DNA of 17,958 nucleotides from Paraspadella gotoi (Eukaryota; Animalia; Chaetognatha), in the NCBI GenBank assembly GCA_051294375.1, contig JBJCIZ010000929.1:1-17958 (forward strand), written 5' to 3'. This document shows positions 8,147 through 17,958 of the stretch, one piece after another. Position numbers and translations under genes: made by a program. The notes beneath the pieces were generated by a model. That model saw only the letters and a list, made by a program, of their open reading frames with translations, searched no databases and was not told the origin of the DNA. Positions within the stretch are counted from its first letter, which is position 1; each line of letters opens with the position of its first letter.

Positions 8147-8337
8147 GTCATCATCGTTATCATCATTGTCGCCTGTCATTATAATCGTTATCATTAAGTA
8201 ACAAGCTCATTATTCCGCATTATCAGCTTCGGCGTCATCACCTTCATTATCATCAACATCATTGTCTTTATCATTACCATCAATGTCATCATCATCGTCC
8301 TGGTCATCATTATCAGCATAACCGTTATGATCATTAC

Positions 8338-8374
<37 letters not shown>
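8147..8374. repeat. (CAT)n microsatellite, degenerate, with a pure (CAT)12 at 8338-8373
   Basis: Direct reading; explains the poly-Asp ORF 8210-8617. Confidence 0.9.
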
Positions 8375-8376
<2 letters not shown>

Positions 8377-8431
8377 TTATCTTCAGAACCGCAAAAGGAA
8401 ATCTCTTCAATCTCAGATTTTGGCAGAGAAT
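8375..8431 (-). CDS. Probable small fascin exon (first beta-trefoil)
   Basis: Follows a pyrimidine tract and CTCAG acceptor. Removing one A from an A4 run gives (R)FSAKSEIEEISFCGSEDK, which aligns without gaps to human FSCN1 RWSLQSEAHRRYFGGTEDR. No canonical GT donor is visible (AAG-GATGAT). Confidence 0.45.
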
Positions 8432-8485
8432 CTGAGCAGGATTTGTCGGAACAAAAAAGAGGGAGAGAGAGAGAGATAAGATGAA

Positions 8486-8525
<40 letters not shown>

Positions 8526-8615
8526 CAGACAGCCAGCAAAGCAGGACGATAATGAAAAGAAGAAAAAAATGCAATAAAAGATAATTTTTTTTCACCGAAA
8601 AAGTCAGGATGAACC

Positions 8616-8646
<31 letters not shown>

Positions 8647-8813
8647 CACGAACTCAAATATCATCAAAGTTGTCGAGGAAATAAAAAAACATCCGAGGTT
8701 CCTCGTTAATAAAAAAAAAAGTAAAAAAAAAACCACCAAGTCCCCGTACCAGAAGTGAAAACTCGGTGTTATGAAGAGATGGAAAGAAAAAATTATAAAA
8801 AAATTAAAAATAC

Positions 8814-8876
8814 GGGGCAGATAGCTTATTTATTAATGAATGAGTGATAATTCTTATATTTGTTGTACCAATTTCA
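8814..8876 (+). repeat. Dispersed repeat fragment, copy 2 (of 429-489)
   Basis: See copy 1. CATAACACC-C-run follows copy 1 immediately and recurs at about 8987-9002. Confidence 0.75.
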
Positions 8877-9559
8877 ATATAGATAAAATTACGATGCCAA
8901 AGAAAAATGAAACTAGAAAGGTCATTTTTTTACGTAAGCGGATTTACAAAATGTTTAGCTCAATAAGACAAGTTTTGAAAAATATTCATAACACCCCCCC
9001 CCTAACTTTGTCAAAACAATTGTTCAAAAAAAATTCATTGATTACCGAAGATTTTAAGACTTAATGAGCACGAGTTCTCCCGACTGCACAGACTGAAAAA
9101 CGTATGGACAATGAAACATACTAAGCGTGACGGACTGACAGACTTACCGACCCAGGGACCGAAGAAGTAAATTAGTTATATATGCTTAGCCAGTACTCGC
9201 GACGGTGATATTTCCTTTTGATTTGAAAAGTCGTTCGCGACGGCGAAAGTCTTTTGTTTCACAGTAATTTGGTAATTAAGTAATTCAATTTACTAATTAA
9301 TTTAGTAATTAAATTAAATAATTGGTAAAATAATGATAATAATAATAATTAAATAATAAGTAATTAAATTTAGTTGTAATAATACGAAAGGAGAAAAAAT
9401 AAATATATATATATATAAATATAATCATTGTTATTTTAATTTTTATTTATCTTTTTAAGACTGATGGGAAATTTTGACCTAAGAATTCATGATGTATGGT
9501 TTTCTTCACACACACATTTCATCTCACACAAATCGTAAATATACTCACTCAAACCTTAC

Positions 9560-9619
9560 CCACTTAGGCGCTTTGCCTCAGCAGAAATGACAGATGACCT
9601 CACCTCGCAAAAAGGCCAC
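9560..9619 (-). CDS. Possible fascin exon 3
   Basis: Bounded by TTTTCAG acceptor and GG|GTAAGG donor. One frame gives RGEVIC (cf. DGNVTC / FGNVLC in fascins), but frame continuity needs indels and the preceding intron would be only 39 nt. Confidence 0.3.
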
Positions 9620-9658
9620 CTGAAAATACCCAGTCCTGACCCAAAAAAAAAACCTTAC

Positions 9659-9822
9659 CTGCCCATGTTGGACTTGAGATAGACCCCGTCCTCGTCCTGC
9701 GGGTCAGGTTCGATGAGCCAAATCTGATATTTCCTCAACGAACTTCCGGTGGCGTTGATTTTGAAGCCGAATCGCTCGCGTCAGGTATTTGTGCCCGCGA
9801 GTTGATGAGACCCGATTCGCCA
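9659..9822 (-). CDS. FSCN: Fascin (singed-like) coding exon 2, with apparent indels in its first 45 nt
   Basis: Acceptor (CT)n-ATTTCAG and donor CAG|GTAAGG. The pieces read WRIG / GLINS / GHKYLT / [40 protein letters not shown], matching Drosophila singed [39 protein letters not shown]...IYLRSHL. The length (164 nt) preserves frame overall, but the assembled frame has a TGA at 9781-9783. Confidence 0.88.
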
Positions 9823-9829
9823 CTGAAAT

Positions 9830-9916
<87 letters not shown>
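9830..9916. repeat. (AG)n microsatellite (polypyrimidine tract of the fascin intron on the minus strand)
   Basis: Direct reading. Other (AG)n/(CT)n tracts at about 10160-10211, 10910-10980, 12381-12491, 12550-12581, 13529-13595 and 15373-15440. Confidence 0.95.
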
Positions 9917-9917
<1 letters not shown>

Positions 9918-9962
9918 GGTGTGTTGAGAGTTTTACAAAGGAAGGACGGCGAAAAATATATC

Positions 9963-10108
9963 GTGCCCGCACGGCGGGGAAGACGAACAACAAAAACAAA
10001 CCAACAACGACGACTAGGACGACGTCTGTTCGCCAGACATATTATTTTTGCGACTTTTTCTCCGGATTCTGTACTCCAAAAGACTGTCTCCCCAGGCAAA
10101 CATTGTCC
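9963..10108 (+). repeat. Diverged duplicate segment, copy 1 (copy 2 at 15202-15368)
   Basis: Shared ordered blocks GCACG.CGGG, ACCAACAA, ACGTCTGTTC, CCAGACA.ATTATTTTTG, CAAAAGACTGT and GGCAAACATT, each followed by a CT tract. Confidence 0.8.
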
Positions 10109-10211
10109 GGCAACTTTCCTCTGCTTCCTCATCCTCTTTCCCATCTCCATGCTCTCTTCATCTACTCTCTCTCTCTCTTCTCTCTCTCTCCTCTCTCGTC
10201 CCCTCTCTCTC

Positions 10212-10236
10212 NNNNNNNNNNNNNNNNNNNNNNNNN
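10212..10236. other. Assembly gap (25 N)
   Basis: Direct reading. Confidence 1.
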
Positions 10237-10908
10237 AATTTCAGTAAATTTACGTAGATAATACTTAATTTTCTTAATATGAAGTTCATTAATCATTTAA
10301 TCAATATATTCGGCGACGATAATTGGCATTACTATCTCAAAATAATTTTTTTTTAAATTCGGAGTGGTATTGTTATTGTACATCTTCGAGTTATTACGAA
10401 GGCCCTTACATTAATATTCAGATTTTACAAATTAAAAAAATAATCTAGAATTGTCGCTTAATCTAATTTGCATATTTCAGCGTCAGTTTTTTATTCTCTT
10501 TCGCACCATAAAGAGTCCACGATTTTTACATTTTGCGAATTGGAAAAACTTCTCGCAATTACAATGAGCCTAAGGTTTTCGGGAGAGCTTCGACGAAGTT
10601 CTTTTGTTAACGAGTGTCTGAGCTGCCGAAGTCCGTCGCTAGGGGCGCGCAAGACTTTTGAAGACGTATAAATAGAAATACATTCCATCAAAGTAAAATA
10701 CTGTAAACTTTTTGCAATAAAATATAACAAAACAAAATACAAAAAAAAACAACAAAAAAAAAACAAAGCAAAATAAAACGAATATTTTTCATTTCAATTA
10801 ATTTCTTTTTGCCAAAAAAAAAGGAAGAAAAAAAATTCCTTTCAATTTTTTTTTTACAAATTCCGTCGAGAGAAAACAGAAAAGGGAATCATTCTTTTAA
10901 TCAATCTC

Positions 10909-10961
<53 letters not shown>

Positions 10962-11670
10962 TCTCTCTCCTCATCTCTCTTCTTTTTTTTTTTTTTTTTT
11001 TTTTTTCTTTTTTTCCGCTTTAATCTTCCGAATGTTTATCTTTTTTCTGAACATTACAAAATAATATTTTTTTTTTATTTTTTAGAAGTTTTTGTAAGTT
11101 GTAAAAAAAGGTCAAAACTTTTGAAGACAAAACCGATGCCATTTTTTATCAGCAGGTCATTCCGTGCCCAAGAGATAACTCACTCTCTCTCTCTTCTACT
11201 TCTGTCTTCTCTCGTCGTCTCTGCTCTCTTCATCTCTGCGTCTTCGTGCTCCTCTCTCTCTCTCTCGTCTGCTTTTTCTTTCGCCCCGTTTCCCCGTTGC
11301 ATTCAACTCGGGTTGAAGAAAAATTCTTGCTGCAATGAATCGATGAATGGATTGATAAATGAATAAATAGATTGATGAATGAATTGAGAAATGAATAAAT
11401 GGATTGATAAATGAATGAATGGATCGATGAACGGATCAATGCATCAATTGATAAATAGTTTTGATTGATATCTTGCTTGGATCTTGTAACACGGATATTG
11501 AACCTAAATCCGCTTGAAAGCCTTTTCAAAGTCAAGGAACAAAGATATTTTGTTAATTGAAAGTATTTAATTGATTGCAACAAGTTGGCAGAAAATCATA
11601 CACACAGCCAATACAGATATAAAGCAGCTAATCTCGTCCGCCACATTTTCTAAAAGCGCCCTATTTCATT

Positions 11671-11866
11671 TAAAGATTAGGTTAGAGGTCAGGGATAAAG
11701 ATTAGGTTAAAGATTAGGTTAGAGGTTAGGGATAAAGATTAGGTTAAAGATTAGGTTAGAGGTCAGGGATAAAGATTAGGTTAAAGATTAGGTTAGAGGT
11801 CAGGGATAAAGATTAGGTTAAAGATTAGGTTAGAGGTCAGGGATAAAGATTAGGTTAAAGATTAGG
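11671..11866 (+). repeat. 37-bp minisatellite, about 5.3 copies, built from TTAGG/TCAGGG telomere-like words
   Basis: Unit TAAAGATTAGGTTAGAGGTCAGGGATAAAGATTAGGT at 11671, 11708, 11745, 11782 and 11819, partial at 11856. One C>T difference in copy 2. Confidence 0.95.
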
Positions 11867-12174
11867 GTGAGAGATGAAGTTAATGAGTTTTGGTTTGGGA
11901 TTAAGGTGACAGATTAAGGTTGTGATTCGCTTATTGTGACGTTTGTTAACAAATCATCGGGTCAGTTAAATACGCAATACGCAACCACTACGAAAAGAAA
12001 GGAAATTCACGAATCAATCATAAATATAATATTATTCCTATTTTTAAATATAATCTTAAGCGCAATTAATTATTATTTTCTAATAATTTCTCTTGATTCC
12101 ACTATTTTTACCCAATTTCTGTCATTCTAACAATATGCAAATGAGATTTTGAGCAATCAACGGCACGCGACCAC

Positions 12175-12342
12175 CTGAATCACGATCCTGGCTGGGTCGT
12201 CCAGCGGCAGCCCGGCGGAGAAGGATCCGTTTTGGTGGAGTTGGATCAGCTGGGCCACGCCGCCGGCGCCGCTGCCGCTGCCGCTGCCGCTGCCGCGGGA
12301 GGCGGCGCCGTTGTGGCCGTTGGCGCCGAACCCGTTGGACAT
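12175..12342 (-). CDS. FSCN: Fascin coding exon 1 (56 codons)
   Basis: GC-rich island with GCG-ATG start encoding MSNGFGANGHNG...DDPARIVIQ. It ends in phase 0 at CAG|GTGGTC and joins exon 2 as IVIQ|WRIGLIN (cf. human AVQIQFGLIN). Confidence 0.75.
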
Positions 12343-12352
12343 CGCCAGATAT

Positions 12353-12397
12353 GGAAGTGACGCCAGGATGAAAGGGAGGAAGAGAGAGAGAGAGAGA

Positions 12398-12445
<48 letters not shown>

Positions 12446-12546
12446 GAAAAAAGAAAGAAAGAAGAGAGAGAAGGAGAGAAAGAAGAGAGAGAAATGAGAA
12501 AAGAAGATGGAGGAAAAAAATAGAAGAATAAGTCAAAAGAGATGGC

Positions 12547-12584
<38 letters not shown>

Positions 12585-12850
12585 AAGATTGAACGACCCA
12601 CAAAAAAAGGAGAGAGACGCAGTCAACTTCCGGTTTTATCGATAGAGGCGCCGCTAACTTCCGTCTTCATTGTTTCATCGATCGAAAAATTGTTTCGTTT
12701 CCGTTTTGTATCGAATTGTTTTGTTTATATCTTATCTTTTATATTTTTTCACAAATTTGAAAAATCCTAAAAGTTTTTGAAGACGATTCGCGCCGGAAGT
12801 GGACGGCGTCGTGGAAGGACGGCGCCGCGATGGAAGCGGCGACGCAAGAA
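12353..12850. promoter_or_regulatory. Probable fascin promoter / 5' UTR with clustered ETS motifs
   Basis: GGAAGTGACG 12353-12362, ACTTCCGG 12626-12633, ACTTCCG 12657-12663 and CCGGAAGT 12793-12800 in CpG-rich sequence directly upstream of exon 1. Confidence 0.4.
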
Positions 12851-13029
12851 AACTAAAAAAAGAAACAGGCGCCGTTTCTGTTTTTCCTTTCGTGTTTAGT
12901 TTCGTTTTCTTGTTTTTTTTTTGTTTTTTTTGTGTTTTGTTTAATCTAAGTTACGTTTCTCTCTCATCAGCCCATCTTTGCGAAAATTCATGACTAAAAA
13001 AAAACCGTCAAATTTTAGGTAATATATTT

Positions 13030-13203
13030 GGGGCATTATTTCTCCAAAATGCCCCTTTTCAATTTTAATTCGGAATTTAGTTCGGTTTCAGATTAGTGTT
13101 TAAAATTATGGTTAAGGAAATGGTAAGCTATTGGGTTTAAGAATTTTGGTTGAAGATTATAGTTTAAGGTTGAGGATTAAGTTTGAGAATCAGGGATTAG
13201 GGT
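13030..13203 (+). mobile_element. Short element: GGGGCATT/AATGCCCC hairpin followed by a degenerate TTAGGG-like tract
   Basis: Perfect 8-bp stem 13030-13037 / 13048-13055. A related copy lies in opposite orientation at 14607-14711. Confidence 0.5.
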
Positions 13204-13523
13204 AAAATATCAATGTTAAAAAAAACCAGAAAAGGGACGCTTTTGTAAAAAAGAGCCCTAATTTTTTTTAGCAACAGTTGATTAATTAAAGTATCCAATA
13301 TATCGTAAAAACTCGATGAAAGAAGAAAATAAAAATATCGGCGACATTTTATTGTATTACAATATGTTACAATAAAATCCTTTGTTTCCAATTTGTCTTC
13401 CCTTTCTTTCCGTTCTAATTCGCGACGGAAGTTGAATGAAGATAAGTTTTTTTTTCCTTTTTTTGAAATTTTTTTTTCGTGGTTCCGTTTTTTCAGGAGA
13501 CGAAGAAAGAAGATAGAGAAGGA

Positions 13524-13595
<72 letters not shown>

Positions 13596-13664
13596 AGATT
13601 TTATTCGCATTTTCTCCTTCTTCCCCCTACTTTTCTTTCTCTCATCCTTTCCAGACGTTTTCAC

Positions 13665-13671
<7 letters not shown>

Positions 13672-13724
<53 letters not shown>
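13672..13724. repeat. (CGT)17 microsatellite
   Basis: Direct reading. Confidence 0.95.
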
Positions 13725-13727
<3 letters not shown>

Positions 13728-13748
13728 AAAAAAATAGTGCGCTTAATC

Positions 13749-13847
13749 ATTGGTCGTAATCTTTTTGCAATTTCCATTCCTCGTTCTCTGATTGGGTCGC
13801 TTTTAGTTTATGCCGGGCGGAATCGAAGCCTTCGCCGAGGTTATTGG
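13749..13847. promoter_or_regulatory. Promoter-like cluster: three co-oriented CCAAT boxes and a GC box
   Basis: ATTGG at 13749, 13791 and 13843; GGGCGG at 13815-13820. Confidence 0.35.
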
Positions 13848-14606
13848 CGTGATTCTCTCTCTCTCTCATCTCTCTCGTCTCCTCTCTCTCTCACTTCTCT
13901 CTTGCTCATCATCTGCTCTCTCTCTCTTCATCCCACTCTCATCCTCTACTCATCTCTGCTCCAACTACATATGGTCTAGGCGGCCTGGACAGATTCTCCG
14001 AGATGGACCGGCAAAAATTCTCAGATCAGGGTTCCGCTCAAACAGAACGAACAGTGCCTTCCGCTAAAACATTACGCTTGAGGACTCGGTGTCGCACGCC
14101 CGTAGAAAAACCCCCCCCGAGAATCTCCTAAAACGGCGGGAGTACGAATTGTTTCCAAATTTTTAATCTTTCGGGGTATTGGGGGGTGTAGAGAGAAGAG
14201 GAGAGAGAGGGGGGGAGAGAGAACGAAGGAGAAAAGTGGAGGGAATGAATAAATACTACATCCTTTTTTTTTTTCTGAATCCCCAAACGTGCTTCTGAAT
14301 CGCTTATAATTGTATTTCAACAAATATTTACACGGATGAAAAAAAAAAAAGGATCTTTTGTTTGATCAATGCCATCTGTCATTGATTGATTAAGTAGGAA
14401 TATTTATTAATATGTTTATAATGTCACGATTGACAGAATTATATATAATCCACATTTACCTTTCTATTCCGAAAATGCTCTATTTCTGATTGTTTATCCC
14501 AGAATTTAATTTTTACCTCAATATTTAATATAAATACAGTATAATATAATAATATAATATAGTCTCTGATTTACAGTAATATAATATAATATTAATATAC
14601 TTATAA

Positions 14607-14711
14607 ACCATTTTCTAACCTTAGTCCCTGACCCTAATCACAAACTAAGTCCTGTAATTTTTTTAACTAAAATAATTTACCTAATTGGGCGTTCCGGGAA
14701 AATAATGCCCC
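14607..14711 (-). mobile_element. Second copy of the hairpin + TTAGGG-like element
   Basis: The minus strand reads GGGGCATTATTTTCCCGGAACGCCC, then ...GATTAGGGTCAGGGACTAAGGTTAG. Confidence 0.5.
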
Positions 14712-14841
14712 ACATTTTTACTCATTATTCTTCTCCGGAAGTTACAATATTACACTAAAGTACGACGATAAATTTAATCCCGACTTTTTCAAAGACTCTC
14801 CCGTTCCTTTTTCCTTCTTGCCACCCAATTGACATTGCAAC

Positions 14842-15201
14842 NNNNNNNNNNNNNNNNNNNNNNNNNNNNNNNNNNNNNNNNNNNNNNNNNNNNNNNNNNN
14901 NNNNNNNNNNNNNNNNNNNNNNNNNNNNNNNNNNNNNNNNNNNNNNNNNNNNNNNNNNNNNNNNNNNNNNNNNNNNNNNNNNNNNNNNNNNNNNNNNNNN
15001 NNNNNNNNNNNNNNNNNNNNNNNNNNNNNNNNNNNNNNNNNNNNNNNNNNNNNNNNNNNNNNNNNNNNNNNNNNNNNNNNNNNNNNNNNNNNNNNNNNNN
15101 NNNNNNNNNNNNNNNNNNNNNNNNNNNNNNNNNNNNNNNNNNNNNNNNNNNNNNNNNNNNNNNNNNNNNNNNNNNNNNNNNNNNNNNNNNNNNNNNNNNN
15201 N
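14842..15201. other. Assembly gap (360 N)
   Basis: Direct reading. Confidence 1.
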
Positions 15202-15368
15202 GGTGCGGCACGTCGGGTGGACGACCGACACAACAACAACACCAACAATCAGCGACAAGGCGACGCACGTCTGTTCCCAGACAAATTATTTTTGTCCGAC
15301 AATAAGATTCCGTGATTCTTCCTGTCTCAAAAGACTGTAGCCTCACTCTCCCGGCAAACATTCGTCCC
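15202..15368 (+). repeat. Diverged duplicate segment, copy 2 (of 9963-10108)
   Basis: See copy 1. Confidence 0.8.
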
Positions 15369-15380
15369 GATATCTCTCTT

Positions 15381-15435
<55 letters not shown>

Positions 15436-15931
15436 CTCTCCATCTTCTCATCGCTCTCTCTACAGTCTTCTGATCTCTCTTCTCTCCTCTCTTCGTTAGT
15501 TAGTAATGGATTTTGTCGTGCGATCGATGCACTACACCTCGTGATGATTAGTCCGTCGTCGTCGTCCGTCCGTCGTCGTCTCTAAATTTCTCTCATCCTT
15601 TTTGTCAATAAATAAATTTAATTTATAAAATAATATAAAAATAATTAAACCTAATCACATCAATCCAATAAATAAATAATAAATTAAATCCAATAAATCA
15701 ATAAATCAATGAATAATCAATAAATCACTACAAGCAATATGTAATAAATAACCGATTAACAAAAACGACGTAATAATGATATCAATCCAATTAACTAACA
15801 AGCATGAATTTGACCTCGACTTTTAAACTACCAATACCAGCTACCACCTTTTTTCGCCCACTGCTTCTCAATTCACTAATTGAAAATCCACAAAACGATG
15901 TAATAGATTCAATAAACGATCGGTGAGCTAA

Positions 15932-15959
15932 GCTCTCCTCGTCCTGTCTCTCTCTCTCT

Positions 15960-15992
<33 letters not shown>

Positions 15993-16561
15993 CTCTCTCT
16001 TACTCTCTCTTCTCTCTCCTCTCTCTCTCCTCTCCCCTACTAATTTCCGCCCCCCCCCCGAGGACCATTCGCTTCTCAAATGCCTCCTCCGCCCACAGAC
16101 AATATCCACCCATCGATCTTTTCTATTCCTCGTCTCTCTGTCCTCTTCCTCTCTCATGCTCTTTCTCTCTCTCCCTATCGTCATCTACTCTTCTCCTCCT
16201 CTCTCTCTCCTCTCTCTCTCCCTCTCTCTCCCTCTCGTCTCTCTCCCTCTCTCTACTATCACTCTCCTTCTCTCTCTCTCCTCTACACACTTCTCCCTCC
16301 TGATACTGACCTGAGTCCGCCCTTCAGCTGAATGGAGAAATCGGCGAATCTTACCTTTTTGCCTTATCCTTCTTTCTTTCTCTTTCTTTCTTTTCCTCAT
16401 ATTTCTTCCTTCCTTCCTCCTTTCCTTCCTTCCTTGCCTTCCTTCTCTTCTATCCATCCTTCCTCCTCCCTCCTTGCCTCCTTCCTTCTTCTTCCTTCTT
16501 CCTTCCTGTCTTCTTTTTTCTTTCTTTCTTTCTTTCTTTTTCTTCTTCTTGTCTTTATCTG

Positions 16562-16594
<33 letters not shown>

Positions 16595-17130
16595 GTTCTT
16601 TCTTTCTTATTCTCTTCCTTCCTTCCTTCTTCTTTTCTTCTTTCTTCTTTCTTTATTCTCTTTCTTCCTTCTTTCTTTCTTTCTTCTTTCTTTCTTTCTT
16701 TCTATCTTTCTTTCCTTTATTTCATTTCTTTCTTTCTTTTTTTTCTTCCCTCCTTTCTTTCTAAATGTTTTTTTAATATGTTTTTAGATTGCTCTTTCTC
16801 TTTGCAGTTTCTCTCTTTCTGTTCTCTTTCTTCATATTTTTTTTCACCTCTCTCTCTCCTCTCTTCCCTCTTCCCCTCTCTCTCTCTCTCTCTACTCTCT
16901 CTCTCTCTCTCTCTCCAATCGACCAGCTTAAACCGGGCGGGTGCCCTCTCTGAGTTTCATTCTCGCTCGCGCCCCGTTTGGTCGAAATTCCGGGATTGAC
17001 TTCTTTTTTTCCTTTTTTTCTTTTCTTTTTTCTTTCTTTTTCTTTTTTTTTCTTTTTTTTTTCTTTCTTTTTCGTTTCTTTTTTTCTTTTCTTTTTTCTT
17101 TCTTTTCTTTTCTTTTCTTTTCTTTTCTTA
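15932..17130. repeat. Long polypyrimidine low-complexity region ((CT)n, (TTCC)n, (TTTC)n) with short unique islands
   Basis: Direct reading. An AG-rich tract of opposite polarity follows at about 17356-17607. Confidence 0.9.
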
Positions 17131-17958
17131 CATCTTTTTATTGTGACTTTTTCACCTCCTCGGCCGCCTTTTCTTGAACAACAAGCTGTTATCAACTAAT
17201 AAGTTCAACTTATCAAAAATCAATTATCAACTCATTAAAAAAAATTTAACGAAGCAACAATCCGTGATCAGTGAACAAAGGGTGAACGAAAGATCAAGTC
17301 CGACTTTTCACGGAGTCGGGAAATTTTAACGGTTGGAAAAGTCACAAAAAATGACGAGAGAGAGATGACGGAGTGAGAGAGAGAGCAGAGAGAGAGGAGA
17401 GGAAGGATCGAGAGAGACAAAGCGACGAGAGAGAGAGAGAGAGGAAGAAGAGAGAGATAGATTTTGTGTGTGATGTCCGCAGTTTTCACACCGATTTTGT
17501 CTCCTCGGATCGAATTCAAGCGGAGACCGCAGAGGGAGAGAGAAGAGGAGAGAGAGACGAGAGAGGAGAGAGACGAGAGAGAGAGAGAGCGGATCGAGAG
17601 GAGAGAGCGCCCAGTAGGTAATCTCAATGTGAAAGTCGCTGTCTACATTATCGTCATTGCATCAAATATGTTTTCTTTGTTGTACGTAGTTTAAATTAAA
17701 ATGTCTTGACTTTGTATTCAACAAGAGCATTAACAAAGATAGTAACAAAAGAATTAACCTTAGTTTAGGAGTCTACGTCGTTCTTAGAAATCGAGGAAGA
17801 CTTTTTCAATGGAGATTTTTGTTAAAATCTGACTACCAAATAATGTCAACGCCCCTGGGAAAAATTCAGGTTAAAAATAGATGTAAAAACAGTCGATTCC
17901 GATCATGTTGCATCTGAGGGGCTCGCATTTTTTTTCTCTTGACAAATAACCATCATTT

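Noticed and set aside
8210-8617. Acidic poly-Asp protein
   Set aside because: Produced by the (CAT)n microsatellite.
7940-8780. Further weak fascin-like peptides on the minus strand (LICLTSDIDAAE near 7967-8002, TTLMIFEFVE near 8644-8673, VHPDFFG near 8594-8614)
   Set aside because: Similarity is too short and the splice sites are not convincing; could be chance. Needs spliced alignment.
9196-9247. Short direct repeat TCGCGACGG(T/C)GA, two copies
   Set aside because: Only 12 bp and two copies with no supporting context.
11671-11866. CRISPR-like 37-bp periodicity, or a true telomere
   Set aside because: Units are head-to-tail with no unique spacers in a eukaryotic context; the array is interstitial and not a pure TTAGG or TTAGGG run.
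9704-17694. Many ORFs rich in ER/SL/F/K/R runs, and ORFs running through N gaps
   Set aside because: Translations of (AG)n, (CT)n, (TTTC)n, (CGT)n tracts or Ns. Only the fascin segments inside 9704-10150, 9781-9999 and 12157-12603 are real.

Overview
Eukaryotic, invertebrate-metazoan-like genomic DNA: AT-rich, dense in (AG)n/(CT)n microsatellites, GT-AG introns and two N gaps. The main feature is an uninterrupted 1576-aa minus-strand ORF (2604-7334) with the SAMD9/SAMD9L domain series (AlbA_2/Schlafen-like, SIR2-like, STAND-type P-loop, TPR, OB-fold). Instead of a SAM domain it has an N-terminal DZIP3-type HEPN domain with an intact RxxxxH RNase motif, while its AlbA domain lacks the usual catalytic acidic motifs. 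Upstream on the same strand are the first exons of a fascin (singed) gene that the ORF track misses; they contain indels, and the SAMD9-like gene may lie in a fascin intron. Downstream are three minimal type I hammerhead ribozyme motifs of Penelope-like retroelement type arranged in two inverted repeats (one in the predicted 3' UTR), a CCA-tailed 3' half of tRNA-Leu and a tRNA-headed SINE. Most other ORF-track entries are microsatellite or antisense artefacts. All family assignments are from motif recognition by eye; no searches were run.
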